From: Eledone cirrhosa
Taxonomy: Eukaryota
Assembly: GCA_964016885.1 (NCBI GenBank)
Contig: OZ024753.1
Span: 41,540,001 to 41,604,000 of the forward strand
Reading direction: 5' to 3'
DNA: 64,000 nt
The notes below the pieces were generated by a model that did no database searches, had not been told where the DNA came from, and saw nothing but the letters and a program-made list of their open reading frames with translations. Shown piece after piece: positions 1-14,103 of this stretch. The first letter of the stretch is position 1. The number at the start of each line of letters is the position of its first letter. Made by a program: the position numbers and the translations under genes.

Positions 1-234
1 ATATACGTCTCTGCGCGCCATTCATACTTATATACATTTTTAATTCTTGTATGTTATGGTTATCATTAATACTGATTCGACGAGGTTAACTTTGCCTTTC
101 ATCTAAATGGGATCGATAAAATAAAGTACCTGTCACGCACTGGGGTCGATTTAATCGACTTTCCCCTTCCCAAACATTGCTGGCCTTGTGCCTGTATAAG
201 AAACCATTAATACTTTACCACACGTATTTGCTTA

Positions 235-355
<121 letters not shown>

Positions 356-558
356 TGTGTGTGTGTAGAGAGAGAGAACAAAACGTTGTATCTTGCTGCT
401 ATTTTTAGTGGCGTAGCAAACAACAAGTCTATAATATTCCCACTTTTACTAACGGCCTGTTTATGTGTGGGTCACTTTAACGGCCTGACCTCATACTATC
501 GGGCAGTAAGCGATATATTTACAAACTGTGAGACTTTACGTCCTATAGAATGGAAATA

Positions 559-637
559 GCTATCTGAAGAGCTGATCTTTCCGTTGGAAATTCTCTGAAT
601 TTCCAATCTTTTGTGAAGCGAAACCGTCGGTAATAGC
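559..637 (+). ncRNA. Type I hammerhead ribozyme (minimal)
   Basis: gctat-CTGAAGA-gct..agc-GAAA-ccgtcgg-TA-atagc; stems I, II and III pair; GUA cleavage triplet. Confidence 0.7.
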
Positions 638-804
638 ATTTTGGACAGGAATATTTAAATCGTATTTTAATTTATTTAAAAGATTGTTTAATGTTTGCTT
701 GTTCCGCTCATCTCAATTATATATATATATATATATATATATTAAAGATTACTTTGATTAAATCTTAACTATCTACCATGTAAGGGTTTGTCATGTATCA
801 TTTT

Positions 805-869
805 ATTTTATCTGATGAGGATGTACTGTTGAACTTAATTCATTACCTCTGAAATATGTATAATAAAAT
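805..869 (+). ncRNA. Hammerhead ribozyme-like motif in repeat 740-915
   Basis: attttat-CTGATGA-gga..tct-GAAA-tatgta-TA-ataaaat. Confidence 0.55.
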
Positions 870-910
870 TAAATTGATCACAAGAATATCTATTTTTGTT
901 AATATTTGAA

Positions 911-950
<40 letters not shown>

Positions 951-975
951 CGTATACATATACATATTTATATAT

Positions 976-1030
<55 letters not shown>

Positions 1031-1037
1031 CGTATAC

Positions 1038-1076
<39 letters not shown>

Positions 1077-1559
1077 CGTATAAATATATATATTTATATA
1101 TAGATATATATATATATGAACGTATACATATATATATTTATATATAGATATCTATATCTATATATTTATATATAGATATAGATATATATATGAACGTATA
1201 CATATATATAGGATCATTAGAACATCTGACTGATAAAATAACTAGTGAGTCTAACATATTGGTGGCCTCCTCACATCCCTATATATACATACATATAGAC
1301 ATCTATACACGCCATATATACATACCATATATACACCATGTATACATACACACTATATGTTACTAATGTATAGATCAGTTCATTAAACTACGTTATCACG
1401 GCAGAAATAAATTCCTTATCATAGAAACCCCCCCCCCCCCCATACACACACCAGCCCCATCCATCTTCGGTCAAACCTCAGACATGATGTCTTGGTTGCA
1501 GGAAGCTACAACTACTATCAAATTACTTACAACGAGCTCAGGATTAATCCTAACACACA

Positions 1560-1621
<62 letters not shown>

Positions 1622-1680
1622 TATTTTATAGAAGGAACTTCTACAGGACTAGTACTGTTTCATTCAGATGAAATCTTCAG

Positions 1681-1731
1681 AGCTTCCTGAAGATTTCATC
1701 TGAATGAAACAGTACTAGTCCTGTAGAAGTT
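1681..1731 (+). ncRNA. Type I hammerhead ribozyme (family A)
   Basis: agcttc-CTGAAGA-t ttca tc tgaa t-GAAA-cag tactagtc ctg-TA-gaagtt. Confidence 0.7.
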
Positions 1732-1817
1732 CCTTCTATAAAATAAAAAAATTTTACTCTGCCATGTATTGAGTACCTTACTTACTGTGGTTATCCCCGA
1801 CTCAACCCGGGACCTAC

Positions 1818-1879
<62 letters not shown>

Positions 1880-2366
1880 TCTATCAAGAACAGGTCGTAC
1901 ACAATCACCTTTATGTTCTTTTTGAGACTAACCAGAAACTTCCTGGCCCTATTTATTCCGCCAAGGTCAACATAGTCTTTTATCCCTTCAAGATCAATGA
2001 AATAAAGGAACCAGACAAGTTTAATAAACTGTGCCCTCTCTCAGCCCAAATGTGTTGGCCGTGTGCCAAAATTAGAAACCAGCATTTGTTCCACTGTAAA
2101 ACCTACCACGATGAAGAGTGAGGGCAATTTGAAAACTAGATTGGATGTGTAATATAATATATTGTCAAAGATCACACACTTATATATATATAGTTATACT
2201 TGGGGAGGGTCATATTGTTGTAATAATATTGCCAGAATTAATAACAGAACACACTCACTGTTTGGTTGGTTTTTCGCTTCTGTATCTTTTATATCTCTAT
2301 AGTTAAGGTACTACCTTGATTAAATCTTAACCATTTAACATCTCAAGGTATGTCATGTATCATTTT

Positions 2367-2419
2367 ATTTTATCTGATGAGGACGTACTGTTGTACCTCT
2401 GAAATATGTATAATAAAAT
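2367..2419 (+). ncRNA. Type I hammerhead ribozyme (minimal)
   Basis: attttat-CTGATGA-ggacgtac tgtt gtacctct-GAAA-tatgta-TA-ataaaat. Confidence 0.6.
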
Positions 2420-2559
2420 TTAATTGATCACAAGAACATCTATTTTATTAATATTTGTATTTTAATATTACTAACTCTGGAAAATAATTTAACTGTAGAG
2501 TGCTTCCAATCTACTGTAAAACTCATTCTTTGATGTACCCATTGAATCTTGTTTAACTC

Positions 2560-2600
<41 letters not shown>

Positions 2601-2858
2601 TGTTTGTGTGCTAGATGTCAGTGACAATAAGATAGAGCACAGCCGGTGTTATCAGCTGCTTACACCTGATATCTATTCACTATAGAACATAAGTTCACTG
2701 GTTCCTATTTCTAAGATGTTCTTCATTTGATGGCAAATCTATATTTAGATATTTTCTTATCAGGCGAGATTGTTTTCAATGATCACCAATGTGTCTAATA
2801 TAACTTGCAACCGGCTCTGTATTAATCATTGCAATATATGTGTATATATATATATATA

Positions 2859-2932
2859 GAGTGTCCCAAAAATGTATACATACTTCAACAGCATTCTAAT
2901 AAATATGTGTATACATTTTTCGGGACACCCTG
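2859..2932. mobile_element. Tc1/mariner-like MITE remnant
   Basis: TIRs gtgtcccaaaaatgtataca / tgtatacatttttcgggacac; a half copy lies at 4201-4240. Confidence 0.55.
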
Positions 2933-3364
2933 AGATCGGTGTGGAAATCGGACCTTCGTAAAGACCTGAAAATCCGCCTCTTCATTGCTGTAGTGGAGTC
3001 TGTGCTGCTGTACGGGTCTGAGACTTGGACACTGACCAAGAAACTCACTCAGATGGTGGATGGGTGCTACACGAGAATGCTGAGGATGGCTCTGAACATT
3101 AATCAGTATACACTGAGGATGAAAAACTCAGAGCTGTATGGGAGCCTCCCAAAAGTCAGCTCAAAAGTGACACAGAGGAGACTGAGGTTAGCTGGAAATG
3201 CTCACCGACATCCAGAGTTGACATTGCACTCAGTGCTCCTGTGGGAGCCCCTACATGGACACACAGATGCGTCTCCAACATGGCAGCGATAATGAGGGAC
3301 AGAGACCGCAGGAGAGTACTCGTCCATGGATCTCGGGAATTTTACCCGCCCTAGATAGATAGAT
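2932..3364 (+). mobile_element. 5'-truncated RTE-type LINE 3' fragment
   Basis: LKIRLFIAVVESVLLYGSETWTL...RRLRLAG...LLWEP, followed by a (TAGA)n tail. Confidence 0.85.
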
Positions 3365-3739
3365 GTATATATATATATATATATAAATGTGAAGACTAAA
3401 ATCCAAAGAGGGCTCGAAAAGGATAAATATATATCAAATATATAAGAACCCTAGAACAAATATTTATTAAAATAACAGATTAAAGTTTAAGCAAAGAATC
3501 GCTGCTTTCATCCTTAACGGGATCTTCTGAAACGTTTAATATATAAGGGTTCTTATATATTTGATATATATTTATCCTTATCGAGCCCTCTTTGGATTTT
3601 AGTCTTCACATTTATTATTATTATTGCTATATATATATATATATCAGTATGAGTTATTAACTCTGCCTTTTATTTGTATATATATATATATAAGAGAACC
3701 TTAAGTACTGTGGTTACCCCTGATTGAACCCGGGATAAA

Positions 3740-3780
<41 letters not shown>

Positions 3781-3878
3781 ATAATAATAAATTTGAAGAC
3801 TTTAATCTGTTATTTTAATAAATATATATATATAGGAAATACTGTTGGCTTCACGCTCACAATAATTTCTATACTTTC

Positions 3879-3965
<87 letters not shown>

Positions 3966-4962
3966 GTATATACATACATGTTATATATTCAATCTTACTG
4001 AAATAAATTAATAACATTCTATATTTTCTGCTTTCTTTTCCAGATGTTTCTTTTTCATTTGGGTAACAAAATGTCAAAATCAAAGAATCGAATGAAAATC
4101 ATTTGTTTGACGGTTTAAATGACATTTTCTTTTCTTTATTTCACCTGAAATATATGTAAGTATGGATTCCTTACCTGTACAGGTAATATTTACTAGATTA
4201 GTGCTGTTGAAGTGTATATACATTTTGGTGCGACACCCTATATATATATGTGTGTATATATATATGTGTGTGTATTTGTGTGTATTTATATATATATTTA
4301 TATAGGTCTATGAATTTTAAAAGAATACAGGTGGATATGTATGTATATATATATATATATGTGTGTGTGAATTTTAAAAGTATACAGGTAGATATGTATA
4401 CATACATACATACATACATACATACATACATACATACATACATAAGAACACAACTAGTTAGGAAATTACAAGTACAATCCATTAATGGAACAGTAAAAAT
4501 ATGTAAAACATTCCAAAAATGTTGCATCTAATAACTGCATATACACATGTACAGATACAAAGCATATACACATGCACACATACAACTCAAAACATACACA
4601 TCCACACATACAATAACATCCATATCTACACATGCATGCATGCAAACATACATACATATCTACCTAGTTGATGTTGTGTAAATTCCAATGAGAGAGTCTT
4701 GTGTCTATGTTAGAAACCGACTCTCTCTATTGGTAAAACTTTGTGAAATTATAAAACCAGAAGAACATACATACATACATACATACAAATCCACCTGTAT
4801 TCTTTTAAAATTCATAGACACAAACATACATGCACGTAAACACAATAACACGATGTATTTCCTATCTCAGTTATGTTGCGATAAAAAGAAAAGAAATTCT
4901 TGCAGAAAATTAACTTCTTTGATGTTTGTTAAATACATTAACTGTACTAAATATTCTTGCAG

Positions 4963-5101
4963 GAAATTAGCCAAGTTTACAGTCATGTTGGTTCCATTAT
5001 TTGGAGTTCCAAACCTCTTATTTATGATGCTGCCACCTCGACTAAACGTAACAGTTGATGTACCATTTCTTTATATATCAATGCTGTACAGTTCGTTCCA
5101 G
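4963..5101 (+). CDS. Class B (secretin/PTH receptor-like) GPCR, TM6-ECL3-TM7 exon
   Basis: ttgcag|G AAA TTA...TTC CAG|gtaaat. Translates RKLAKFTVMLVPLFGVPNLLFMM...YSSFQ, matching class B TM6 RKLxKSTLxLxPLFG and the TM7 SFQ. Confidence 0.9.
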
Positions 5102-5464
5102 GTAAATACTACACTTACCTCATGTTTAGGATTTGATACATTTGATACATTAACCCTTTAACATTTACATGACTCTATATTTACTATTATATTTCCATGG
5201 TAAAGGCTTTACCTCACATAATTATCTCACATAACATTTACATGTATTTTCATGTTAAAGACTTCCCCTCCCCCCAAACTGCTGGCCTTGTGCCTAAATC
5301 ACAAACCATTATTTCAACCTAAAATACCAATCAAAACAAAACAATAAGTCTATACGCTTTTACTCGGTTACCTGTTCCAGCCATCCGGCTGAGGCCATGC
5401 TGGGGCACCTATGTTTATATCTTAAATCTATATTTTTACAAAATAATTTGATTTTGTTTTTCAG

Positions 5465-5506
5465 GGAGTCATCTTGTCACTGCTGTTCTGCTTTCTACAT
5501 GAACAG
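5465..5506 (+). CDS. Class B GPCR, 42-bp TM7 exon
   Basis: ttttcag|GVILSLLFCFLHEQ|gtaaaa. The 14-codon phase-0 exon is characteristic of class B receptors (GFFVAxxYCFxNxE). Confidence 0.9.
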
Positions 5507-5565
5507 GTAAAATATTGGATTAATCTACGTTTGTGATGCTGGTGGTAGTAGTAGTAGTAGTAGTG

Positions 5566-5631
<66 letters not shown>

Positions 5632-5964
5632 ATGGTGGTGGTGGTGGTAGTAGTAGAGCAATGTAACCAAATACACTTGATTTTGTAAATGTGTACGTAT
5701 GTAGTAAATAGCAGAAGTCTAACAAGACACACTTATAAGTTTATAAATGGTTAATAGATGCTGGAATCAGAAATATTTTCTGAATAGCTACACATTATAT
5801 ATTGTGTAGTTTAATGTACAATTGAACGTTTCGTCTAATAAATCTACGCTCTTAGACTTACATTACAAAGCTTAATATCATATATATTTACTATAATAGT
5901 TTAAATGCTATTACATTCGAATACACTTTTTCTTTCCTTTATTCAAGGAAATAAGTTAGAATAT

Positions 5965-6006
<42 letters not shown>

Positions 6007-6169
6007 AGTAAGTAAGACCCCGACGGCTGAGCTCAAGCCGTTTCGACGTCGAAACGGCTTGAGCTCAGCCGTCGGCGTCTTACTTACTCCTATTACCCAC
6101 TCTACTACCCTAAGTATTGAGTACTTTGGTGCGTTATGGTCCACCTGGTTCCTTACCACTTTTCCTTCG

Positions 6170-6211
<42 letters not shown>

Positions 6212-6558
6212 TTATTCCGGGTTGAATCGGAGGTAACCACAGTAAGTAAGGTACTCAATACATAGCAGAGTATAAAAGTTTTAATATAGATGAGATTCTA
6301 CAGGATTAGAACTGTTTCATTCTTTAGAAATCATGATTTTATAGACACCTGTTAGCTTAATAAGGATCGGCATGCCATCCTGAACCTGTTTATAGAATTC
6401 TTTCTGCCTTTGTTACTCTAAAAATAAAAATAAACTATAGCTTTGTAGAATTAGCTTTTAATGAATTCTATCAACCAATGACCTACACCCATCCCACTCC
6501 CCACCCTCTCCTACCACTTGTAGAGACCTATATATACCATAATTATTTTTTGATACCC

Positions 6559-6609
6559 AGATTCCTGATGATTTCTAAAGAATGAAACAGTTCTAGTCCT
6601 GTAGAATCT
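6559..6609 (+). ncRNA. Type I hammerhead ribozyme (family A)
   Basis: agattc-CTGATGA-t ttct aa agaa t-GAAA-cag ttctagtc ctg-TA-gaatct; stems I and II covary relative to the 1681 copy. Confidence 0.72.
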
Positions 6610-6611
6610 CA

Positions 6612-6645
<34 letters not shown>

Positions 6646-7169
6646 TGAAAAATTGGCGTGCTGCATTGTTATGTATATATATATAAAAAGTTCTATATGT
6701 TTGAATGTTCTCATGTGTATGTGTATTATATATATATAATACACATGAGAACATTCAAACATATAAAACTCTTTCTTCTTTGCAAAGTTTCTTATCGTTC
6801 TTAACAAAAAGCTATCAACAGATAATGCATTAATTCATCTAAGAATTATTTAGAAATATTTAAACATTATTTATTTCGTTAATTGAGAAGAAAGAATCGA
6901 ATGTTTTTAAAAAAACGGGAAGGGGAAGAAAAGGCAATTGATCTAATGCCACAGAAGAATGTGATGGTGAAGGGACAGGCCTGGGCCTAGGGCGATATAG
7001 TAGTGGGACATTTAAAAGTATTCTGTTTCGTTATCTATGCTTTTAAACTATATTACAATAATTACTATCTTGCAGCTACGATAAGAATTAAAATGTCATC
7101 AGGCTTCATTTCACCTATGGTTTCTCTGCTTCAATGAAATTAATTACAATATATAGTACGCGTGTGTGT

Positions 7170-7184
7170 GTATGTATATATATA

Positions 7185-7215
<31 letters not shown>

Positions 7216-8317
7216 AGATATATATATAGATATAGATATATATATAGATATATATATAGATATAGATATATATATAGATATATATAGATATATATATAGA
7301 TATATATAGATATATATATAGATATATATATATATATATATATAGATATATATAGATATAGATATAGATATATATATATAGATATATATATAGATATATA
7401 TAGATATATATAGATATATGTAGATATATATATAGATATAGATATATATATATATAGATATATATATATAGAGAGAGATATATATAGATATAGATATATA
7501 TATAGATATATAGATATATAGATATATAGATATATATAGATATATAGATATATAGATATATATATATATAGATAGATATATATATAGATATATATATATA
7601 GATATATATATATATAGATTATATATATAGATTATATATATATATATATATATAGATATATATATATAGATATAGATATATATAGATATATATATAGATA
7701 TATATAGATATATATATAGATATATATATATATATATATAGATATATATAGATATAGATATAGATATATATATATAGATATATATATAGATATATATAGA
7801 TATATATAGATATATGTAGATATATATATAGATATAGATATATATATATATAGATATATATATATAGAGAGAGATATATATAGATATAGATATATATATA
7901 GATATATAGATATATAGATATATATAGATATATAGATATATAGATATATATAGATATATAGATATATAGATATATATATATATAGATAGATATATATATA
8001 GATATATATATATATAGATATATATATATATAGATTATATATATAGATTATATATATATATATATATAGATATATATATATAGATATAGATATATATAGA
8101 TATAGATATATATAGATATATAGATATATAGATATAGATATAGATATATAGATATATATATAGATATATATAGAGATATATATATAGATATATATATAGA
8201 TATATATATAGATATATATATATAGATATATATATATAGATATATATATAGATATATATATATAGATATATATATAGATATATATATATAGATATATATA
8301 TATATAGATATATATAT

Positions 8318-8365
<48 letters not shown>

Positions 8366-8475
8366 AGATATATATATATATAGATATATATATAGATATA
8401 TCTATATATATATATATATATCTATATCTATATATCTATATATATATCTATATATATATCTATATAGATATATAG

Positions 8476-8506
<31 letters not shown>

Positions 8507-8643
8507 TATATAGATATATAGATATATAGATATAGATATAGATATATATATATAGAGAGAGAGAGATATATATATATATATATATAGATAGATATATATA
8601 TATATAGAGAGAGATATATATATAGAGAGAGAGATATAGATAG

Positions 8644-8726
<83 letters not shown>

Positions 8727-8785
8727 GAGAGAGAGAGAGAGAAATATGTATATATATAGATATATATGTGTATATATATAGATAA

Positions 8786-8848
<63 letters not shown>

Positions 8849-9538
8849 TAAAAATTAGCGAGAATCGAATTTCAGCCCATGAATTAACGAGAAACACTTT
8901 CGAGTTGTGAGGCAAGCGCTCTATAATTCAAATTAATTAGAGCTTACAACTTACGTTAAAGGCCAAACACACTGAGATGGTGGTTAAACTAATCATCCAC
9001 ACAGCGAAGATTCGATCTTCTATTTCGGGTCAAACATATATATATATATGTATATATATAGATATATGTATATATACATATATATATGTATATATATATA
9101 GATATATAGATATATGTATATATATAGATATATGTATATATATAGATATATATATATATATAGATATATGTATATATATATAGATATATGTATATATATA
9201 TAGATATATGTATATATATAGATATATGTATATATATATAGATATATGTATATATATATAGATATATGTATATATATAGATATATGTATATATATAGATA
9301 TATGTATATATATATAGATATATGTATATATATAGATATATGTATATATATAGATATATGTATATATATAGATATATATAGAGAGAGAGATATATATATA
9401 GATATATATAGAGAGAGATATATAGATATATATAGATATATATATATATACATATATATATGTATATATATAGATATATATATATGTATATATATAGATA
9501 TATATGTATATATATAGATATATATATATGTATATATG

Positions 9539-9571
<33 letters not shown>

Positions 9572-9667
9572 GTATATATATAGATATATATGTATATATA
9601 TAGATATATATGTATATATATAGATATATATGTATATATATAGATATATATATATGTATATATATAG

Positions 9668-9716
<49 letters not shown>

Positions 9717-9825
9717 GATATATATGTATATATATATATATATGTATATATATATGTATATATATAGATATGTATATATATAGATATGTATATATATATA
9801 TATAGATATGTATATATATATATAT

Positions 9826-9914
<89 letters not shown>

Positions 9915-10104
9915 GATATATGTATATATACATAGATATATGTATATATACATATATATATATATGTATATATATATAGATATATGTATATATATATAGA
10001 TATATGTATATATATATAGATATATGTATATATATATAGATGTATATATATATAGATATATGTATATATATACATATATATATATAGATGTATATATATA
10101 TAGA

Positions 10105-10154
<50 letters not shown>

Positions 10155-10173
10155 GATATATGTATATATATAC

Positions 10174-10204
<31 letters not shown>

Positions 10205-11257
10205 GATATATGTATATATATACATATATATATATATGTATATATATATATCGATATATGTATCTATATAGAGATATATGTATATATATATAGATATATG
10301 TATATATATATCGATATATGTATATATATATACATGTATATATATAGATATATGTATATAAATATATATGTATATATATATATACATATATATACAATAT
10401 TTACGTATCGAGAAAGAGAATAAAAGGGCGGATAGGTGATACATATAGTTATTTGCCAATTAGCGTATGCCAAAGGTGCTCGATACTAGTGCCGGCAGTA
10501 TTAAATATTCGAAGTGTTAATATTTAGTGGGCTGGAGAGTTAGCAGAGCGTAAGCACGTGGGAAAGTAAAAAATCGGAGAATAGACCGTTAAAACATGTT
10601 TATTTAAAACAGCACCTATGTACGTTTCGCCCAGTTGGGCTTCTCAAGGGCATAAATAATCACAAGTGTTCCGTATATTGCTCGGAAAGAGTTTGGGGGG
10701 TTAAATCCACATCAAGTTTCATTGCTCGCAACAAGCTATTTTTGCGAGCAATGAACCTTGATGTGGATTTAACCCCAAAAACTCTTTCCGAGCAATATAA
10801 GGAACACTTTTGATTATTTATGCCCTTGAGAAGCCCAACTGGGCGAAACGTACATAGGTGCTGTTTTAAATAAACATGTTTTAACGGTCTATTCTCCGAT
10901 TCTTTACTTTCCCACGTACATATATATATATATAGTGCAAATTTAGACGGGAACAAAACAGAGAGGCAGACAAATAAAGGTTTAATATATATATATATAT
11001 ATATACATATATCTATATATACATGTATATATATATCTATATATATATATATATATCTATATATATATATACATATCTATATATATATATACATATCTCT
11101 ATATATATATACATATATCTATATATATATACATATATCTATATATATATACATATCTCTATATATATATACATATCTCTATATATATATACATATCTCT
11201 ATATATATATACATATCTCTATATATATATATCTATATATATATCTATATATATATC

Positions 11258-11294
<37 letters not shown>

Positions 11295-11495
11295 CTATAT
11301 ATATATCTATATATATATATATATATGTATATATATCTATATATATATCTATATATATATATATATATGTATATATATCTATATATATCTATATATATAT
11401 CTATATATATCTATATATATATCTATATATATCTATATATATCTCTATATATATCTATATATATATATCTATATATATATATATATATATAATAT

Positions 11496-11549
<54 letters not shown>

Positions 11550-11674
11550 ATATATCTATATATATATATATATATCTATATATATATATATATCTATATA
11601 TATATATATATCTATATATATATATATCTATATATATATATATCTATATATATCTATATCTATATATATCTATA

Positions 11675-11715
<41 letters not shown>

Positions 11716-12295
11716 ATATCTATATATATATATACATATCTATATATATATACATATCTATATATATATACATATCTATATATATATATATATATCTATA
11801 TCTATATATCTATATACATATCTATATATATATACATATCTATATATATATATCTATATATATATACATATCTATATATATATATCTATATATATATACA
11901 TATCTATATATATATATCTATATATATACATATCTATATATATATATATATATATACATATCTATATATATATATATATATATATACATATCTATATATA
12001 TATATATACACATCTATATATACATATCTATATATACATATATACATATCTATATATACATACATATCTATATATACATATCTATATATACATATCTATA
12101 TATCCATATCTATATATCCATACATACATATCTATATATATATACATACATATCTATATATATCTATATATCTATATCTATATACATATCTATATCTATA
12201 TACATATCTATATCTATATATATATCTATATATATATACATATCTATATACATATCTATATATATATACATATCTATATATATATACATATCTAT
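7170..12295. repeat. Long (TA)n-derived microsatellite blocks
   Basis: TATAGA / TATATG / TATATC variant arrays. Confidence 0.95.
10556..10917. repeat. Palindrome with ~175-bp arms
   Basis: acgtgggaaagtaaa...ttgctcgcaa [loop] ttgcgagcaa...tttactttcccacgt, with few mismatches. Confidence 0.9.
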
Positions 12296-12300
12296 TTTAA

Positions 12301-14079
12301 ATGGCCGAAGCTTCTTCACCAAAATTCGAAGGAGGAAAGGGGAAGATGAACTTACAGCTTCCCCCTGCCACTGTCACAGTAGCAGAGGTCAAGAAGAAAG
12401 GTCAGCCAGAGGAAGAATTCTCTCCACCTGTTAACCGACAACTTGACGTTGCCATGGTAACAACTCAAAGAACCAGCGGCAACAGCAACAACAACAATGC
12501 GACGGACGAAAACAACACCAATAACAATAACAACAACAAGACCAATAACGGTGACAACAACAACAATGATAACAACAACACCACCAACGACAACAACAAC
12601 ACAAACAAACAAAATTTCTCCTTCGCCGAGACGACAAGGAAAACCCTCGACTATCTGCCAGTAGATATAACAAAAGCGAAGGAGCTACTGGCGGATGCGA
12701 AAAAATATATAGTGTACGGGGAAAATGGTTCATTCACAATCCATTCCCCCCCGGAACTAAAAAGCCAGAGACTCCTAAACACGGTCATGTTTAGGACAAT
12801 CTCGAACAAAAGTAAAAAACCAGCTCAACCATCACAGAGCGAGATAGAGCTGGTTTTAAAAGACGTCATGAAGGACATCACCTTCATTCAGAAGGATAGA
12901 CTCTACGGGAGTCTATCCATTCTCATGAAGGACAGGGACACAGCAGTGAAACTGTCCATCAAACCAATCACATCCACCGCATACACCTTCTACCCTACGT
13001 ACATGGGTAGAAGAACACAAAAAATAAAAATCCACACCATCCTGCCGATTATGGACATATGGTGGGTTTTGACAGGTTTTCTGGACCTGGAGGATGACAT
13101 GCTGGTGTCCATGGGAAAGGCATCGGGTGACGCGTTCAGTGGAACGAGCCTCGAACTTGTAGTTCAAATGAGGCCCGAAAGGATCGCCCAGATCCCTGAA
13201 CGCGTCATACTGGATGATCTAACCTTCATCAACATTACCGTTGAGGGTAGACGGCCCTCGTGTTACCTCTGCGGAACCAGAGGTCACCTGAGGGCTGTCT
13301 GTCCCCAACTTAATAAGAAAACCCCAATCCTGCCTACACCACCAACAGCTGCACAACCAACACAATCACCACAACTACCACTACAAAAACAACCACCACA
13401 GCTCAAACCAAAACAAAACAATGTCCAACCCATCCCCTCCACTCAAAAAACAAAAACAATTTCCAAAACACCCGTACCGCAAACACAACCTGAAAATTTA
13501 CCCCTCCCCTCCAACGCGGAAGATGACCCTAGTTCGTCGTCAGACGAGGAGGAGCACTTCCACACAATCAAAAGAAAAAAAAGAAAACACACCTCAGACA
13601 CACAAATGAAAAAAAACCCTCCCCAAAACATAACACTGACACCAACACAAAAGAGCTCACAACAGCAAACAAAAAACACCACACAAAAACAAAAACATGC
13701 ATACACATACATAAATACAAGAAACAAAAAACTGTTAAACATTGTGTACAACAACAATCTAATAAAAACACAAGGGCCTAACTTCACCCAGGCAGGGGAT
13801 TTCCCCCACCTCAAAATGATTAAGGCCCCACAAGACACCTATAAAACTTTAAAAAACAATTTTAAAGAGGACGTGGGTCCCCCCTGCGTCGGGCCCATTA
13901 ACCGCGTCCTCCTAAAAAACTATCCCACCCCCTCCCCAAACACCCACACAACTCCAAGCTCCCCAACCACACAACACACTGATGCCCCCACACTTCCACA
14001 AACCACCACCCCACCCAACAACCCATCCCCCACCCTAATGGAAATTGTGCAGCCCGATACCCGGGACGCAGAGAGGTAA
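12301..14079 (+). CDS. Tx1/L1-clade LINE ORF1 (gag-like, CCHC zinc knuckle)
   Basis: Open 592-aa frame with [14 protein letters not shown] knuckle, poly-Asn and Pro/Gln/Thr-rich linkers, directly upstream of ORF2. Confidence 0.88.
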   Translation: MAEASSPKFEGGKGKMNLQLPPATVTVAEVKKKGQPEEEFSPPVNRQLDVAMVTTQRTSGNSNNNNATDENNTNNNNNNKTNNGDNNNNDNNNTTNDNNNTNKQNFSFAETTRKTLDYLPVDITKAKELLADAKKYIVYGENGSFTIHSPPELKSQRLLNTVMFRTISNKSKKPAQPSQSEIELVLKDVMKDITFIQKDRLYGSLSILMKDRDTAVKLSIKPITSTAYTFYPTYMGRRTQKIKIHTILPIMDIWWVLTGFLDLEDDMLVSMGKASGDAFSGTSLELVVQMRPERIAQIPERVILDDLTFINITVEGRRPSCYLCGTRGHLRAVCPQLNKKTPILPTPPTAAQPTQSPQLPLQKQPPQLKPKQNNVQPIPSTQKTKTISKTPVPQTQPENLPLPSNAEDDPSSSSDEEEHFHTIKRKKRKHTSDTQMKKNPPQNITLTPTQKSSQQQTKNTTQKQKHAYTYINTRNKKLLNIVYNNNLIKTQGPNFTQAGDFPHLKMIKAPQDTYKTLKNNFKEDVGPPCVGPINRVLLKNYPTPSPNTHTTPSSPTTQHTDAPTLPQTTTPPNNPSPTLMEIVQPDTRDAER

Positions 14080-14103
14080 GTGCCTTTTCTCTTCACCACC
14101 AAC

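Noticed and set aside
4021-4160. Candidate upstream GPCR exon (polypyrimidine-cag ... gtaagt)
   Set aside because: Translations hit stops or show no resemblance to TM5/ICL3; earlier exons probably lie outside the window.
8460-12300. Long YIYI-type ORFs (also 19473-22550, 26408-29664, 51212-53084, 57763-59282)
   Set aside because: Translations of (TA)n-derived microsatellites, which lack stop codons by composition.
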